A stretch of DNA of 64,000 nt from Myxococcota bacterium (GCA_039028615.1 JBCCHT010000046.1:31192-95191), one strand, 5' to 3'; positions 29,099-41,700 are shown, numbered from the stretch's first letter. Program-made: numbers and translations. Notes: generated by a model not told the origin, from the sequence alone.

Positions 29099-31219
29099 AT
29101 GTCCCAGACGCTGAATCTCAAGATCTACAAGAACAACGAATTCCTCGAGGCGAAGACGCTCTCTCAAGACGTCATCAAGATCGGTAAGCTCAAGAGCAGC
29201 CATCTGTGCCTCGAGGACGACACGGTCGCGCGAATGCACGCCGTGATCGAGGTTTCAGGCTCGGACATCCGCGTCATCGACCTTGGTAGTTCCACCGGCA
29301 CGGTGCTCAACGAGCAGCGGGTCGAGAAGAACGCCAGCCTCAAGAGCGGAGACGCTCTGGTCTTCGGTCCCTACAAGATCGAGATCGAGGTCATGGCCGC
29401 TGCTGCCGCGCCCGTCGCTACCCCGGTCCAGGCCCAGGTCGCCCCGCAAGCCGCGGCTGCCGCGCCCGTCGCCGCTGCCGCTGCTGCTCCGCAAATGGCG
29501 CCGCAGGTGGCTCAGGCGGCCGCGATGCAGGCCCGCCCCCCGATGCAAATCGATGCGTCGGAGGTCGAGCGCCAAGACGGTCAGGTCGCCGAGGTCATCT
29601 CGCAGTTCCAAGACACCGTGCTCGATGTGCAGCACGTGGGTCAGGTCAAGAGCAAGCGTAGCCAAGCTCCGCTGTTCTTGGTCTTCGGCGGTGCTCTCAT
29701 GGCGGTGGGCACCGGTCTCGTCGCTGTCGACGTGATGCAGGACTGGGAGGCCTACCACGACAAGCAGGCCAAGGCGCTCGAACTCGGTCGTCCCGAGCCC
29801 CAGCCGCCCGGTCTCGGCTTCGCTGGTTTGGGTATCGGCCTGGCTCTGTTCGGCCTCATTCCCTTCGGGTTCGGCATCGTTCGTCTCGGGGATACCGGCG
29901 TCGGCAACTACACCGTCGGTGAGGGTCACAACGCGACCTTCCACGTGCCGACCCAGGGCCTGCCCGACTCGTCCGGCTTCCCGCTGGTCCGCGCCAACAA
30001 CAACGACTACACCCTGAACTTCACGCAGGACATGACCGGCGACGTGACCCTCGAGGGTCAGAAGCTGGCGCTGTCCGAGCTGGTGTCTTCGGGTCGCGCG
30101 GGCGCGATGGGTTCGATGTACTCGTTCCCGCTGCCGACCGGCGCGCAGTGCCGTCTCGAGCACAACGGGGTCACGTACCACGTCAACACGGTCCCCCCGG
30201 GCAAGGCCATCGCGGGCAAGTCCGAGACGGACAAGCCGTTCTGGATCTACAACGCCGGCTCGTTCGCGGTCCTCGGCACCCTGCTCGTCATGGTGCACCT
30301 CATCCCCGAGGAAGAGCTGTCCATGAACATGGACGAGCTCATGGCCGAGAACCGCTTCGTCGGTTACATGAACCAGCCCGACGAGACTCCCGAGGAGGAG
30401 CCGCCGCCCGAGCAAGAGGACTCGGACGACGAAGCGGGCGGTCAGGGTCAGCGCCACAAGGGCGAGGAGGGCAAGATGGGTAAGCCCACCTCCAAGCAGA
30501 AGTCCGGCCTCTACGCGATGAAGGGTCCGAAGGACGCCGTCCCGCAGATGGCTCGTAACTTCGACCCCGAGATGATGGCTCGCAACGCCGGTATTCTCGG
30601 CATGATGGCCCAGGAGAGCGGTCACTTCCTCGCGTCGCCGTACGGCGGTGCCTTCGCGGTCGGTAACGACGACGAAGATGTTTGGGGTGGTCTGACCGGC
30701 ACCGAGGTCGGCGAGGCGTTCGGCGTCGGCGGTCTCGGCCTGGTGGGTACCGGTCGTGGTGGTGGTGGTACCGGCGAGGGCACCATTGGTCTCGGCAACA
30801 CCGGCCTCATCGGCAAGGGTGGCGGCGGTGGTACCGGCTCCGGCTACGGCCGCGGTTCGGGTGCCGGCTTCGGTGGTCGCGGCAAGCGAGTCCCCCGAGT
30901 CCGTCAGGCGAAGGCGCAGGTCAAGGGCGCCCTCGACAAGGACATCATTCGGCGTATCGTCCGGGCCCACATCAACGAGGTCCGCTACTGCTACAACCAG
31001 GGCCTGGCCCGCGATCCCAACCTCAAGGGACGCGTTGCGGTCCAGTTCACCATTGGCCCGACCGGCAAGGTCCCCGTCGCCGTCGTTGCGCAGACCTCGC
31101 TCAAGGACAAGAACGTGGCGAACTGCGTGGCCAAGGCGGTCAAGCGCTGGAAGTTCCCCAAGCCGCCCGGTGGTGGCAACGCGGTGGTCACCTACCCGTT
31201 CGTCCTCGAGCCCGGCTGA
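29099..31219 (+). CDS. gltG: Gliding-motility protein GltG (FHA + TM + Gly-rich + TonB-like AgmX/PglI C-terminus)
   Basis: FHA (IKIGK..VARMHA..DLGSSTGTVLN), GEEGKMGK, Gly-rich linker, GALDKDIIRRIVRAH..YCY..WKFPKP..VTYPF. Confidence 0.9.
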   Translation: MSQTLNLKIYKNNEFLEAKTLSQDVIKIGKLKSSHLCLEDDTVARMHAVIEVSGSDIRVIDLGSSTGTVLNEQRVEKNASLKSGDALVFGPYKIEIEVMAAAAAPVATPVQAQVAPQAAAAAPVAAAAAAPQMAPQVAQAAAMQARPPMQIDASEVERQDGQVAEVISQFQDTVLDVQHVGQVKSKRSQAPLFLVFGGALMAVGTGLVAVDVMQDWEAYHDKQAKALELGRPEPQPPGLGFAGLGIGLALFGLIPFGFGIVRLGDTGVGNYTVGEGHNATFHVPTQGLPDSSGFPLVRANNNDYTLNFTQDMTGDVTLEGQKLALSELVSSGRAGAMGSMYSFPLPTGAQCRLEHNGVTYHVNTVPPGKAIAGKSETDKPFWIYNAGSFAVLGTLLVMVHLIPEEELSMNMDELMAENRFVGYMNQPDETPEEEPPPEQEDSDDEAGGQGQRHKGEEGKMGKPTSKQKSGLYAMKGPKDAVPQMARNFDPEMMARNAGILGMMAQESGHFLASPYGGAFAVGNDDEDVWGGLTGTEVGEAFGVGGLGLVGTGRGGGGTGEGTIGLGNTGLIGKGGGGGTGSGYGRGSGAGFGGRGKRVPRVRQAKAQVKGALDKDIIRRIVRAHINEVRYCYNQGLARDPNLKGRVAVQFTIGPTGKVPVAVVAQTSLKDKNVANCVAKAVKRWKFPKPPGGGNAVVTYPFVLEPG

Positions 31220-31250
31220 TCTCGCCGGTTCGGAGATTGGGAACAAGCAA

Positions 31251-31274
31251 GAGGGCTCGCTTCGGCGGGCCCTC
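31251..31274 (+). terminator. Stem-loop with cUUCGg tetraloop after gltG (terminator or stabiliser)
   Basis: GAGGGCTCGC-TTCG-GCGGGCCCTC; weak U tail. Confidence 0.55.
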
Positions 31275-31504
31275 TGCTCGTTCGAACACCTACGAGTCGA
31301 GCGAGCGTCTCAGCACTGATTGATTGCAGCGGGTGCACGCCGACTCGTTGGGCGGCCGGCGTGGTCGTTTCTTTGAACGCGATCGCGACGATCGTGAGGG
31401 CGGGTGTCGATAAGGTCATGGGCAGGCTTCGATCACCTTGTCACCAGATCGGTGCATGGCTAAACTCGGCCAGCCTCGCGCTCCCCCCTGTCAAGAGAGA
31501 CCAG

Positions 31505-32416
31505 ATGCGCCGCGTTTCCGTCGCCCTAGCGATCGCCCTTCCCATGCTCGTGGCCAGTGCGCCCGGTTGTAAGCTGACCAGCCGCAACCGTGCCCAAGCC
31601 ATCAACCGGATGAATGAAGGCATTCGCAGTGAGGCCAAGAACAATACGTCTCAAGCCGAAAAGTCGTTGAAGGAAGCGATCGAATTCGATCCGACCTACG
31701 ACAAGGCCCACTTTCACCTCGGCCAGATTTACCGGAAGCAAGGCAAGCTGGTCGACGCCCAGAAGGCCTTCGAAGATGCCATTGCGAACATGGCCGAGAG
31801 CCCCAAGGCGAACTACCACTACCAGCTCGGCCGGGTGATCATCAGCCAGGCCGAGGCGTCGGGAGTGAGCCAGGCCGATCGCGAGGCCAAGTTCAAAGAG
31901 GCGATCGCCGCGTTCCAAGACGCGATCAAGCTCGACCCCAAGCACTACAAGGCCTACTACCACGTCGGTAAGCTGAACGACCGCCTCGACCAACCGGTGC
32001 AGGCGGACGAGGCCTTCCGCAAGGCCATCGAGGTCAACGGTCGCTTCGTCGATTCGTTCGTCGACCTCGGCAACATGTACATCGACTACGGCCACGCCAA
32101 CGTCGGCCTCGCCGTGCTCGATGCGGGCGTGCAGGTCAACGACACCAACGCTGCCATGTGGAACGGCCTGGGTCGCGCGCGAAGCAAGCTCAACCGCCAC
32201 GAAGAGGCAGTCGAGGCGTTCAGCAAGGCCAAGGCGATCGACCCCGATCGCGTCGACGTCCTCTACGGTCTCGGCAAGTCCTACGCCGAGCTCCGCAAGC
32301 GGGCCGAGGCGGTCGAGCACCTCCAGGCATTCCTTCAGCGGGCCGGCAACGAAGTGCCCGAGCACCTGAAGAAGGACGCCAACAACACCGTGGCCCGGAT
32401 GCAGGACGTCATCTAG
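31505..32416 (+). CDS. TPR-repeat lipoprotein within the glt cluster
   Basis: Signal ending in APGC; canonical TPRs (AHFHLGQIYRKQG, AYYHVG, MWNGLG, VLYGLG). Confidence 0.85.
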   Translation: MRRVSVALAIALPMLVASAPGCKLTSRNRAQAINRMNEGIRSEAKNNTSQAEKSLKEAIEFDPTYDKAHFHLGQIYRKQGKLVDAQKAFEDAIANMAESPKANYHYQLGRVIISQAEASGVSQADREAKFKEAIAAFQDAIKLDPKHYKAYYHVGKLNDRLDQPVQADEAFRKAIEVNGRFVDSFVDLGNMYIDYGHANVGLAVLDAGVQVNDTNAAMWNGLGRARSKLNRHEEAVEAFSKAKAIDPDRVDVLYGLGKSYAELRKRAEAVEHLQAFLQRAGNEVPEHLKKDANNTVARMQDVI

Positions 32417-32792
32417 ACGCGCGTTCGTGGCTATTGGGCTGTTTTCATTCGCAGCGGAGGCCTGACCGGGCCTCCCTTCATCATCATAGTGGCCCCGTAG
32501 GGGACGGTCGAACGTCGGTGTTCGACTGTCTCGGGCGGGGCGTACTGTCAGCGCGTCCCCGGGCGAAAGCAGAAGTCGACCAGCGAGTCGACCTGTTTTC
32601 GTTGTCGGAACGGGACGGCGTAGCCCAGCCGACTGCCCAGGAACCTCGGTTCCGGCACGGCTGTTTTGGAAGCCTCGACTCGACGCCCACCACCTGCGTG
32701 GCCGGCGTTGAAGCGTCGGTTTTGCACGTGGTATATCGAGCCTGGCTCGAGCGGCGAAATTCCTCAGTAAGTCTCGAAGGATAGAGCCCCAG

Positions 32793-35700
32793 ATGGAACT
32801 GACCCAGCGCATCAAACAACGCCTTCGGGAGGTCGACGATTGGACCGCATTGTTGGACGAGCTCCAGGCGGAGGCCGAGGCCGTCGACGACAAGGCGGAA
32901 CAGTCCAAGGCCTTCTTCGAGCTTGCCCACGCGTGCGAGACATTCTTCCTCGACAAGGCGCGCGCGATGGACAGCTACCAACGCGCGTTCAAGCTCGACC
33001 AGCGCAACGTCGCGGCGCTGCGTCATGCTCGCCTCATCTATCAGGAGATGGGCCATCTGCAGATGGTCACCAAACTGATGGGGCTCGAGCTCAAGCTCAA
33101 CCAAGACGGAGGTCTTCTTCCTTCGCTGAACTATGACCTCGGTTGTGCCTTGCTCAACCAAGGCAAGATCGACGAAGCGAAGCAGATGCTCGGTGTCGCA
33201 GCAGGCGCCGACCCGGAGTACGCGGCTCGTTTCCAAGAGACGATGTACGACCGGGGCGCGTGGCAAGAGGCGCTCGAGGCCATCTACGACCAGCTCTGCG
33301 ATCAGACCGGCGAGGACGATCCGCTCGGCGCGAACGTGGTGGGCAAGGGTCCGGAGCTCGCGGCTCACTACCTGCGAGCCGCTCGAATTCTTCAGCAGGA
33401 GTCGCCCGAGGACGAGCGCCTGCTGCCGTTGTTGTTCAAGACGCTCGATGCCGATCCGAGCAACAACGAAGCCGGTTTCATCGCCGAGGTTCTGCTCGCC
33501 GAAGGCGGGCATCTGCAGCACGTGCAGAAGCTTCAGGATCGTCGCGTCGCGAACATCGAGGAGCCCACGCGCAAGGTCGACATGCTGCGCCACTTCGCCC
33601 ACGTGTGGCAGGTGCGGCTCAACAACCCGGAGATGGCGGCGTACTTCCATCACCAGGCGCTCGATCTGGCGTACACCGACGGGACCTTTGGTTCGGGTGA
33701 TGGTTCGTGGCACGTCGCCGCGTTCCGAGCCCTGGTCGAAAACGGTGACGCCGACAACCTCGTGTCGCTGGCCCAGCGTGGCCTGATGGTCATCGAGGAC
33801 ACCACCGACGCGGCGCTGGTCGGGTTGCAGGCCGGTGCTCTCGCGTGGCGTCAATTCAACGACGTCGACACCGCGCGTTCCTTCTTCGTGCAGGCGTTCG
33901 AGATCGCGCCGCAGCATCCGGTGATTCGGTCCTTCCTCGACGAGGTCGGCCCGCTCGACACCGGAGTGCCCGCCGACGCGGCCGCGGACGAAGCCGCGGC
34001 GCCCGTGCCCGATCCCGTGGCGGTGGCAGAGGAGCCGGAGCCCGAGGTTGCGGCCGAGCCGGAGCCCGAGCCCGAGGCCGAGGTCGCGGCCGAGCCGGAG
34101 CCAGAGCCCGAGGCGGCCGAGCCCGAACCGGAGCCCGAGGCCGAGGTTGCGGCCGAGCCGGAGCCGGAGCCCGAAGCGGCCGAGCCGGAGCCGGAGGCCG
34201 AGGTCGCGGCCGAGCCGGAGCCGGAGCCCGAAGTCGCAGCGGAGCCGGAGCCGGAGCCGGAGCCGGAAGTCGCAGCCGAGCCGGAGCCCGAGCCCGAACC
34301 GGAGCCCGCCGCGGAGCCCGTCTCCCTCGGCGACGAGGAGTTCACGCCCGAGCAGATGGCCCTCATCGAGAAGGCCCAAGAGCTCGACAAAAAGGGCGGC
34401 AAGCGGGCGATGGATGCCTGGCGAGACGCCTGCAACAAGATGCCCGACAAGGTCTACCCGCGTCAGCATCTCAAGCAGCTGTACGTCGACGCCAACAAGT
34501 GGAGCAACGTCGCCGATCTGCTCAAGGATCAGCTCAAGCACATCCCCGAGGACCGGCTCGACGAGCGCGAGGCGATCTGGTGGGAGCTGGTCGAGCTGTA
34601 TCGCGAGCGCCTGCGTCAGCCCGGCCTAGTGGTGACCACCCTGGCCGCGCTCGAGAAGGCTCTCGATGCCGCCGGCGAGACCGAGCGGCTGCTCAAGGTC
34701 GTCGAGACTCAGCAGCAGCAGTTCGAGACCATGAAGCGCTGGCCCGACCTCATCGGTCGGATCCGCCGCCGCGCCGAGCTCATCGAGGACCCGGAGCAGC
34801 GCAAGGAGCTGCACCTGCAGGCCGGTAACCTGTTCCTCGACAAGTTCAACAACCAGGCCGAGGCGATCAAGAGCTTCGAGGCCGTGCTCGCCGACGACGA
34901 GTACAACGTCGTCGCGATCACCAAGCTCAAGGAACTCTATCAGCGCCGCCGCGACTGGGAGAAGATGCTCTCGGTCCAGCAAAAAGAGCTGGCCCTCATC
35001 GACGATCCCGAGGAGCGCAAGACTCAGCTCCTCGAGGTGGCCCGCACCGCGGGCGCCAAGATCAAAAAGCCCGCCATCGCGATCCAGCTGTGGTCGCAGG
35101 TGATCGAGCTCGATCCCGACAACGTCGAAGCGCTCGGCCACCTCGAGCACATGCAGGAGCGCGAGAAGTCGTGGCCGAACCTGGCCAATACTCTCGAGCG
35201 CCTCGTCGAGGTGACCGAAGACGAGGGCGAGCGCAGCAAGTACCTCGTCAAGCTCGGCTTGCTCTACTCCGACAAGCTCAAGGACAACTCGGCCGCGATC
35301 CGTACCTGGGAGAAGCTGCACGAGCTCGACGGCAGCAACCGTCGCGCCCAGGATGCGCTGAAGAAGCTGTACCTCGCCGAAGGCGACATGGACAGCTTGG
35401 AGACCTTCTACGCCAAGCAGGACAAGTGGTCCGAGTTCATTCGCGTGCTCGAGCGCGAGTCCGACGGCGCCGAGGGAGAGCAGCGCACCTCGCTGCTGCT
35501 CAAGATCGCCGATCTGTACAAGGAGAAGCTCGGCAAGCCGGATCGCGCGGTGCGTGCCCTCGAGAAGGCGCTGGCCGACGACGGCAATAACCTCACCGTC
35601 GCCGAGAAGCTCATCGAGCTGTACGAAGAGGCGGGCGACGAGCGTCACATCTCGCCGCCGCTGCAGATCAAGCTGGGCCACACCGAGGACCCCGTCGAGC

Positions 35701-38700
35701 GCCAGGAGCTGCTGCGTCGCTTGGCCGACCTCAGCGAGCGCATCGGCAACGATCAGACGCAGGCCTTCGAGTACTACCGCACCGCATTCGAAGAAGAGCA
35801 CACCGCCGAGGACGCGCGAGAGAACCTCGAGCGCCTCGCCGAGGCGCTGTCGAGCTGGGGCGAGCTGGCCAAGGCCCTCGAAGGGGCCATCGAGAAGTAC
35901 GGCAGCGATCCCGACTCGCTGCCCCTGCGGCTGAAGGTCGCGCAGGTGCACGAGCAGCAGCTCGCCGATCTCGACGCGGCCCTGGCCGCCAACAAGGCGA
36001 TCCTCGAGATCGATCCCGAGCAGACCACGGCCCTCGAGTCCCTCGAGCGCCTGTACCTGGCGCTGGGTCGCGAGGAAGACCTGCTCAACGTGCTGTCCAC
36101 CAAGCTCTCGCTGGCCGAGGACGACGAAGAGAAGCGGGCCACGCAGACCCGCATCGGCAGCATCCACGAGCAGCTCGGGCACTCGGACGACGCCATCGAG
36201 GCGTATCAGGCCGTGCTGGCCACCGGGGTCGAAGATCCCACCGTCCTGGCCGCGCTCGATCGCATGTACCTGAGCCTCGAGCGCTGGGCCGACCTGGCCG
36301 ACATCCTGCGTCGCGAGCTCGACATTCGCGAGGAAGAGGACGTCGAGGGCCGCAGCGAGCTGCTGCTCCGCCTCGGCATCCTCCAGCAGGAGAAGCTCGA
36401 CAACCCGCGCGAGGCGGTCGAGCTGCTGCGTCAGGTGCTCGAGCTTCAGCCCGATCACGACGACGCCCGTCAGCGCCTCGAGACCTGGCTCGACCACGAA
36501 GAGCTCAAGGTCGACGTGGCCACCATCCTGCTGCCGGTCTACGAAGGGGCCGAGAGCTGGCCGGACCTGGTGCGTTGCTTGGGCATCCAGGCCGACGCCC
36601 AAGAGGACGTCTACCAGCGCGGCGAGCTGTTGCTGCGCATGGGTGCCATCCAGGCCCAGAACCTGGCCGACAGCGAAGGGGCCTTCGGCACCTACGCCCG
36701 GGCCTTCCGCGACGACCCGCAGAACGAGACCGCCCAGCAGGCGCTCGAGAACATCGCGGGCATCGAGGAGCGCTGGCAGGACTTCGCCGACCTCTTCGAA
36801 GAGGCGGTGACCAAGGACCTCCCCAGCGATCTCATGCTGGCCCTGCTGCACAAGCTCGCCGTGCTCTACGACGGTCAGCTCGGCAACAGCGAGCGGGCAA
36901 TCGCCTGCTACGAGCGCGCCAGCGACATCGATCCCGGCAACACCGAGGCGCTCGATGCCCTCGAGGCGCTTTATACCCGCGAGGAAAACTGGGCGAAGCT
37001 GCTCGACGTCTACCGGGCCAAGGTCGATCTGTTCGACGACCCGGGCGAGCGCGAGGGCCTTCGCTTCCAGATCGCCCGGCTCCAAGAGGAGATGCTGGCT
37101 CAGTCGACCGAGGCGATCGTCACCTACAACGAGATCCTCGCCGACGACGACGCCAACCTGACGGCGATCACCGCTCTCGATCGGCTCTACCTCGCCTCCG
37201 AGGCGTGGAGCGAGCTGGCCGAGAACCTCTCGCGGCAGCTGGCGCTGTCCGAGGACGCGGTCCAGCAGGTCGAGCTGAACCTGCGCTTGGGCGAGCTCCG
37301 CCTGCAGCGGATCGATCAGCCCGGCCTCGCCGTGGAGACCTACAGCCAGGTCCTCGAGCTCGATCCCACCAACGAGACGGCCCTGGCCGCGCTCGAGAGC
37401 CTGCTCGAGAACGAAGACCACCAGCTGTCGGTGGCCAAGATCCTCGAGCCCAACTACCGGGCGGCCAACGACTGGGCCAAGCTCATCGTCTCGTACGAGA
37501 TCATGGTCAAGCACTCGCTCGATCCGAGCGAGAAGATCGGCCTGCTCCACCAGATCGGTGAGCTGTACGAGATCGCCGGCGAAGAGCCCGACAAGGCCTT
37601 CGAGGCCTACGGCCGGGCGCTCAAGGAGAACGCGGCGAGCGAGGAGACCCAGGGTCGACTCGACCGGCTCGCGACTCAGATGGGCACCTACGCCGAGATG
37701 GTCGCGCTATACGAAGAGGTGGTCGACGACGTGGTCGACGATCAGCTCCGCGTCCAGATCCTCACCAAGGTCGCCCAGACCTACGAGACCTCGATCGGCG
37801 ATACGGAGCAGGCTGCGGCCAGCTACGAGAAGATCCTCGAGATCGAGCCGAGCAACTTCGAGGCCATCGACGCCCTCATCAACGTCCACCGCAGCACCAA
37901 CGGCTTCGAGGCCCTGGTGGCGGCCGTCGTCCGCAAGTCGGAGATGGTCGAGAACGCCGAGGATCAGAAGGAGCTTCTGATCTACGCCGCGGGCATCCGC
38001 GAGGGCGTGATGGAGGACCCGGCGGGCGCCATCGAGCTGTATCAGCAGGTGCTGACCATCGACGACTCCGAGGCCCGGGCCCTGGACGCGCTGGTCAAGC
38101 TCTACATCCAGCTCGAGAACTGGGAGAAGCTCAAGGACGTCTACCAGCGTCAGAGCGAGCTGGCCGAAGATCCCGACGAGCGTCGTCGGGCCCTGTTCGT
38201 GCTCGGTCAGGTCTACGACACCGAGCTCCAGGACATCGAGCGAGCGATCGACACCTACCAGCAGATCCTCGACCTCGACCCCGCCGACTACGAGGCCATC
38301 TCGGCCCTCGACCGGCTTTACGGGCAGGCCGAGCGTTGGCTCGATCAGCTGCAGATCCTCGAGCGCGCCGTCGAGGCGGCCGCCTCCCAAGACGAGCAGA
38401 CCGCGATCCGCTTCCGCATCGGTGGTCTGTGGGAGGAGAAGCTCGGCGACATGGTGCGGGCCATCGAGGCCTACCGTGACGTGCTCGAGCACGACTACAG
38501 CCACACGCCCACGATCGAGGCCCTCGATCGCATCGTGCACGGCGACAACGAGCCGATGGCCGCGGCCCAGGTCCTGGCCCCGCTGTACGAGCAGCTCGCC
38601 GAGTGGGAGCTGCTGGTCGACATCTTCAACGTCATGGTGACCCACACCGAGGACCCGATCGCCAAGATCGAGCGTCTTCACCAGGTGGCGGGCATCTACG

Positions 38701-41700
38701 AGCGGCAGCTCGGCGAGTTCGACAAGGCCTTCGATGCCTACGCGCGCGCGCTCGAGACCGACCCGCAGTCGGAGCAGACGGTGGAGGAGCTCCATCGTTT
38801 GGCCGAGACCACCCAGGACTGGGACAAGTTCGCGGCCTTGCTCACCGATCAGGCCGAGAAGGTCCTCGACCCGCTGACCAAGGTGCAGATGCTCCTGCGT
38901 CTGGCCTCGATCTACGAGCAGCGGCTGGGCAACGTCGACCAGGCGGTCACGCACTACCTCGAGATCCTCGAGGCCGACCCGGAGAACACCGAGGCCATCG
39001 AGGCCCTGGACCGGATCTTCACCCACCTCGAGCGCTGGCCCGAGCTGGTCGAGAACCTGCGTCGGCAGATCACGATCACGGCCAACGAAGAGGACATGAT
39101 CGCGCTCTACTTCCGAATGGGTCAGATCTATCAGATCAACATGACCCAGGCGGCGCCCGCGATCGAGGCGTATCGCGAGATCCTCAACATCGACCCGAGT
39201 CAGAGCCACACCCTCGAGGCGCTGGAGCTGATCTTCGCCGAGGGCGAGCACCAAAACGAGATCGCCGAGATCCTCGAGCCCATCTACTACTCCTCCGAGC
39301 GCTGGGATGCGCTGGTGAAGCTGGGCGAGGTCAAGCTCGAGGCGACCGAGGACACCGTCGAGCGGCTGTCGGTCATCCAGAACGTGGCCGAGATCTGCGA
39401 GCGTCGCCTCGGCGACGTGGAGCAGGCCTACCTGTGGTGGCTGCGCGCCTACATCGACGATCCGGTGAGCGAGCAGGTCTCCGAGGAGCTGGAGCGCCTC
39501 GCCGAGGTGACCCAGCAGTGGAGCCACATCGTCGACATCGGCGACCAGATCCTCGAGGACAACCCGCCGCCCGAGATTCGGCAGTTCGTGCTGCTGCGCT
39601 CGGCCAAGGTCCTCGACGAGAAGATGGGCGACGCCCAGCGGGCCATCGAGGCCTACCGCAACGTGCTGGAAGGCGAAGCCGAGCACGCGGGCGCGCTGGA
39701 GGCCCTCGACCGCATCTACACCACCCACGGGATGGCGCAGGATCTCGCCGAGATCCTCCAGCGACGCATCCGCATCACCATGGACGGTGAGGTGCTGGTG
39801 GCGCTCGAGGTCCGGCTCGCCGAGGTCTACGAGCAGCACCTGGGCAACGCCGATCAGGCGATCGCTGCCTACAACCGGGCGCTGGAGAACGACCCGCAGA
39901 ACAGCCACGCGCTCGAGCGTCTCGAGGCGCTGTACCTGGTGCAGTACCGCTGGGAAGAGCTGTTCGACACCTATCAGAAGATGGTGGACGTCGCGAACAC
40001 CGACGAGGACATGGCCGGCTGCTACCAGCGCATGGCCAAGCTCGCGTCGGAGACCCTCGATCGCGAGGCCGACGGCATCGATCTGTGGAACCGCGTGCTC
40101 GACCTGCGCGGCGAGGACCCGCTGGCCCTCGGCGAGCTGGCGTCGCTGCACGAGCAAGCCGAGCGCTGGGACGAGCTGGTCGAGATCCTCGAGCGGCAGG
40201 TCTACGTCATCGACGAGCCCGCGGGGCGCATCGGTGCCTACCAGACCCTCGGTCGAGTCTACGGCGACCGGCTCGATCGCGATCGCGACGCGCTGGCCGC
40301 CTGGCTCAACGCCTTGGATCTCGACGACTCGAACGTCGAGACCCTCCAGGCCCTGCACAAGATCTACGAGACCAACCAAGCGTGGGTCGAGCTGATCGAG
40401 ATCCTCGAGCGCCTGCTCGCGGTCGGGGCCGAGCACCTCCAGGCCGACGAGCAGCGAGAGCTGTACGCCAAGGTCGGCCGGATCCAGGGCGAGTACCTCA
40501 TGGCCCCCGACAAGGCCATCGAGGCGTGGCACCGCGTGCTCGAGCTCAACCCGGGCGACATGGAAGCCCTGGCGGCCCTCGAGGACCTCTACTCCCAAGA
40601 GGCGCGCTGGAACGAGGCGATCACCGTCCTCGAGAGCAAGGTCAGCGTCCTTCAGGACAACGACTCCAAGATCGACGTGCTCATGCAGATCGCTTCGATC
40701 TGGGAGGAGCGCCTCGAAGACAAGATGCAGGCCGCGGGCGCCTACCAGGAGATCCTGGAGAACGACGCCGGGCACCACGCCGCGTACGAGGCCCTGGAGG
40801 CCATCTATCGCGACACCGAGGACTGGGCCTCGCTGGTCGAGCTGCTCATCAACTGGGCCGAGACCCTCGAGGATCGCGACGACAAGGTGCAGCGGCTGCA
40901 GGCCGCGGCCCAGGTCTCCGAGGAGCACCTCGAGGACCAGGACATGGCCTTCGCGATGCTTCAGGCCGCGTTCAACGTGGACTACGCCAACGACGTGACC
41001 GCCCGCGAGCTCGAGCGGATCGCGACCGAGGCGGGCAAGTGGACCGACCTGCTCAACGAGTACAACGGCCTCGTCCAGAACATCGACGATCCCCTGGAGC
41101 GCTGCGAGCTGTGGGTCAAGATCGGTCGCTGGTACGGCGAGCACCTGCAACGCCCGGACTACGGCATCCAGTCGCTGGAGAAGGCGCTGGAGCTCAACCC
41201 CGAGAGCGTCTCCGCGCTGCGGGAGCTGGCGAGCTTCCATCGTCGGGCCGAGAGCTGGCCGGAGCTGGCCGAGGTCCTCGGGCGCATCGTTCCGCTCGAG
41301 CAGGAGCCCCTCGATCAGGCGCAGACCCTGCTCGACCTGGCCCAGGTCCAGGAAGAGCGTCTCGGTGACATCGACGGCGCGGTCGAGTCCTATCGCCGCG
41401 TGCTCGAGATCGACTCCGACTCGCTGGTCGCCCTCGACGCCTTGATCCGCCTGCACGAGGTGCAGGGCGCCTGGCTCGACCAGGTGCAGGTGCTGTCGCG
41501 ACGCGCGGCCATCTGCGAGGAGATCGAGGAGGGCATCGCCCTGAAGAAGCGCGTCGGCTACGTCCAAGAGGCCAACCTCCAGGACACGGCGGCCGCGATC
41601 GAGACCTACAAGGACATCCTGGCTCAGGAGCCCACCGACTTCGACGCCCTCCAGGCGCTGGAGCGGCTGTACCTCGGCGGCAACCAGGTCGACGACTACC

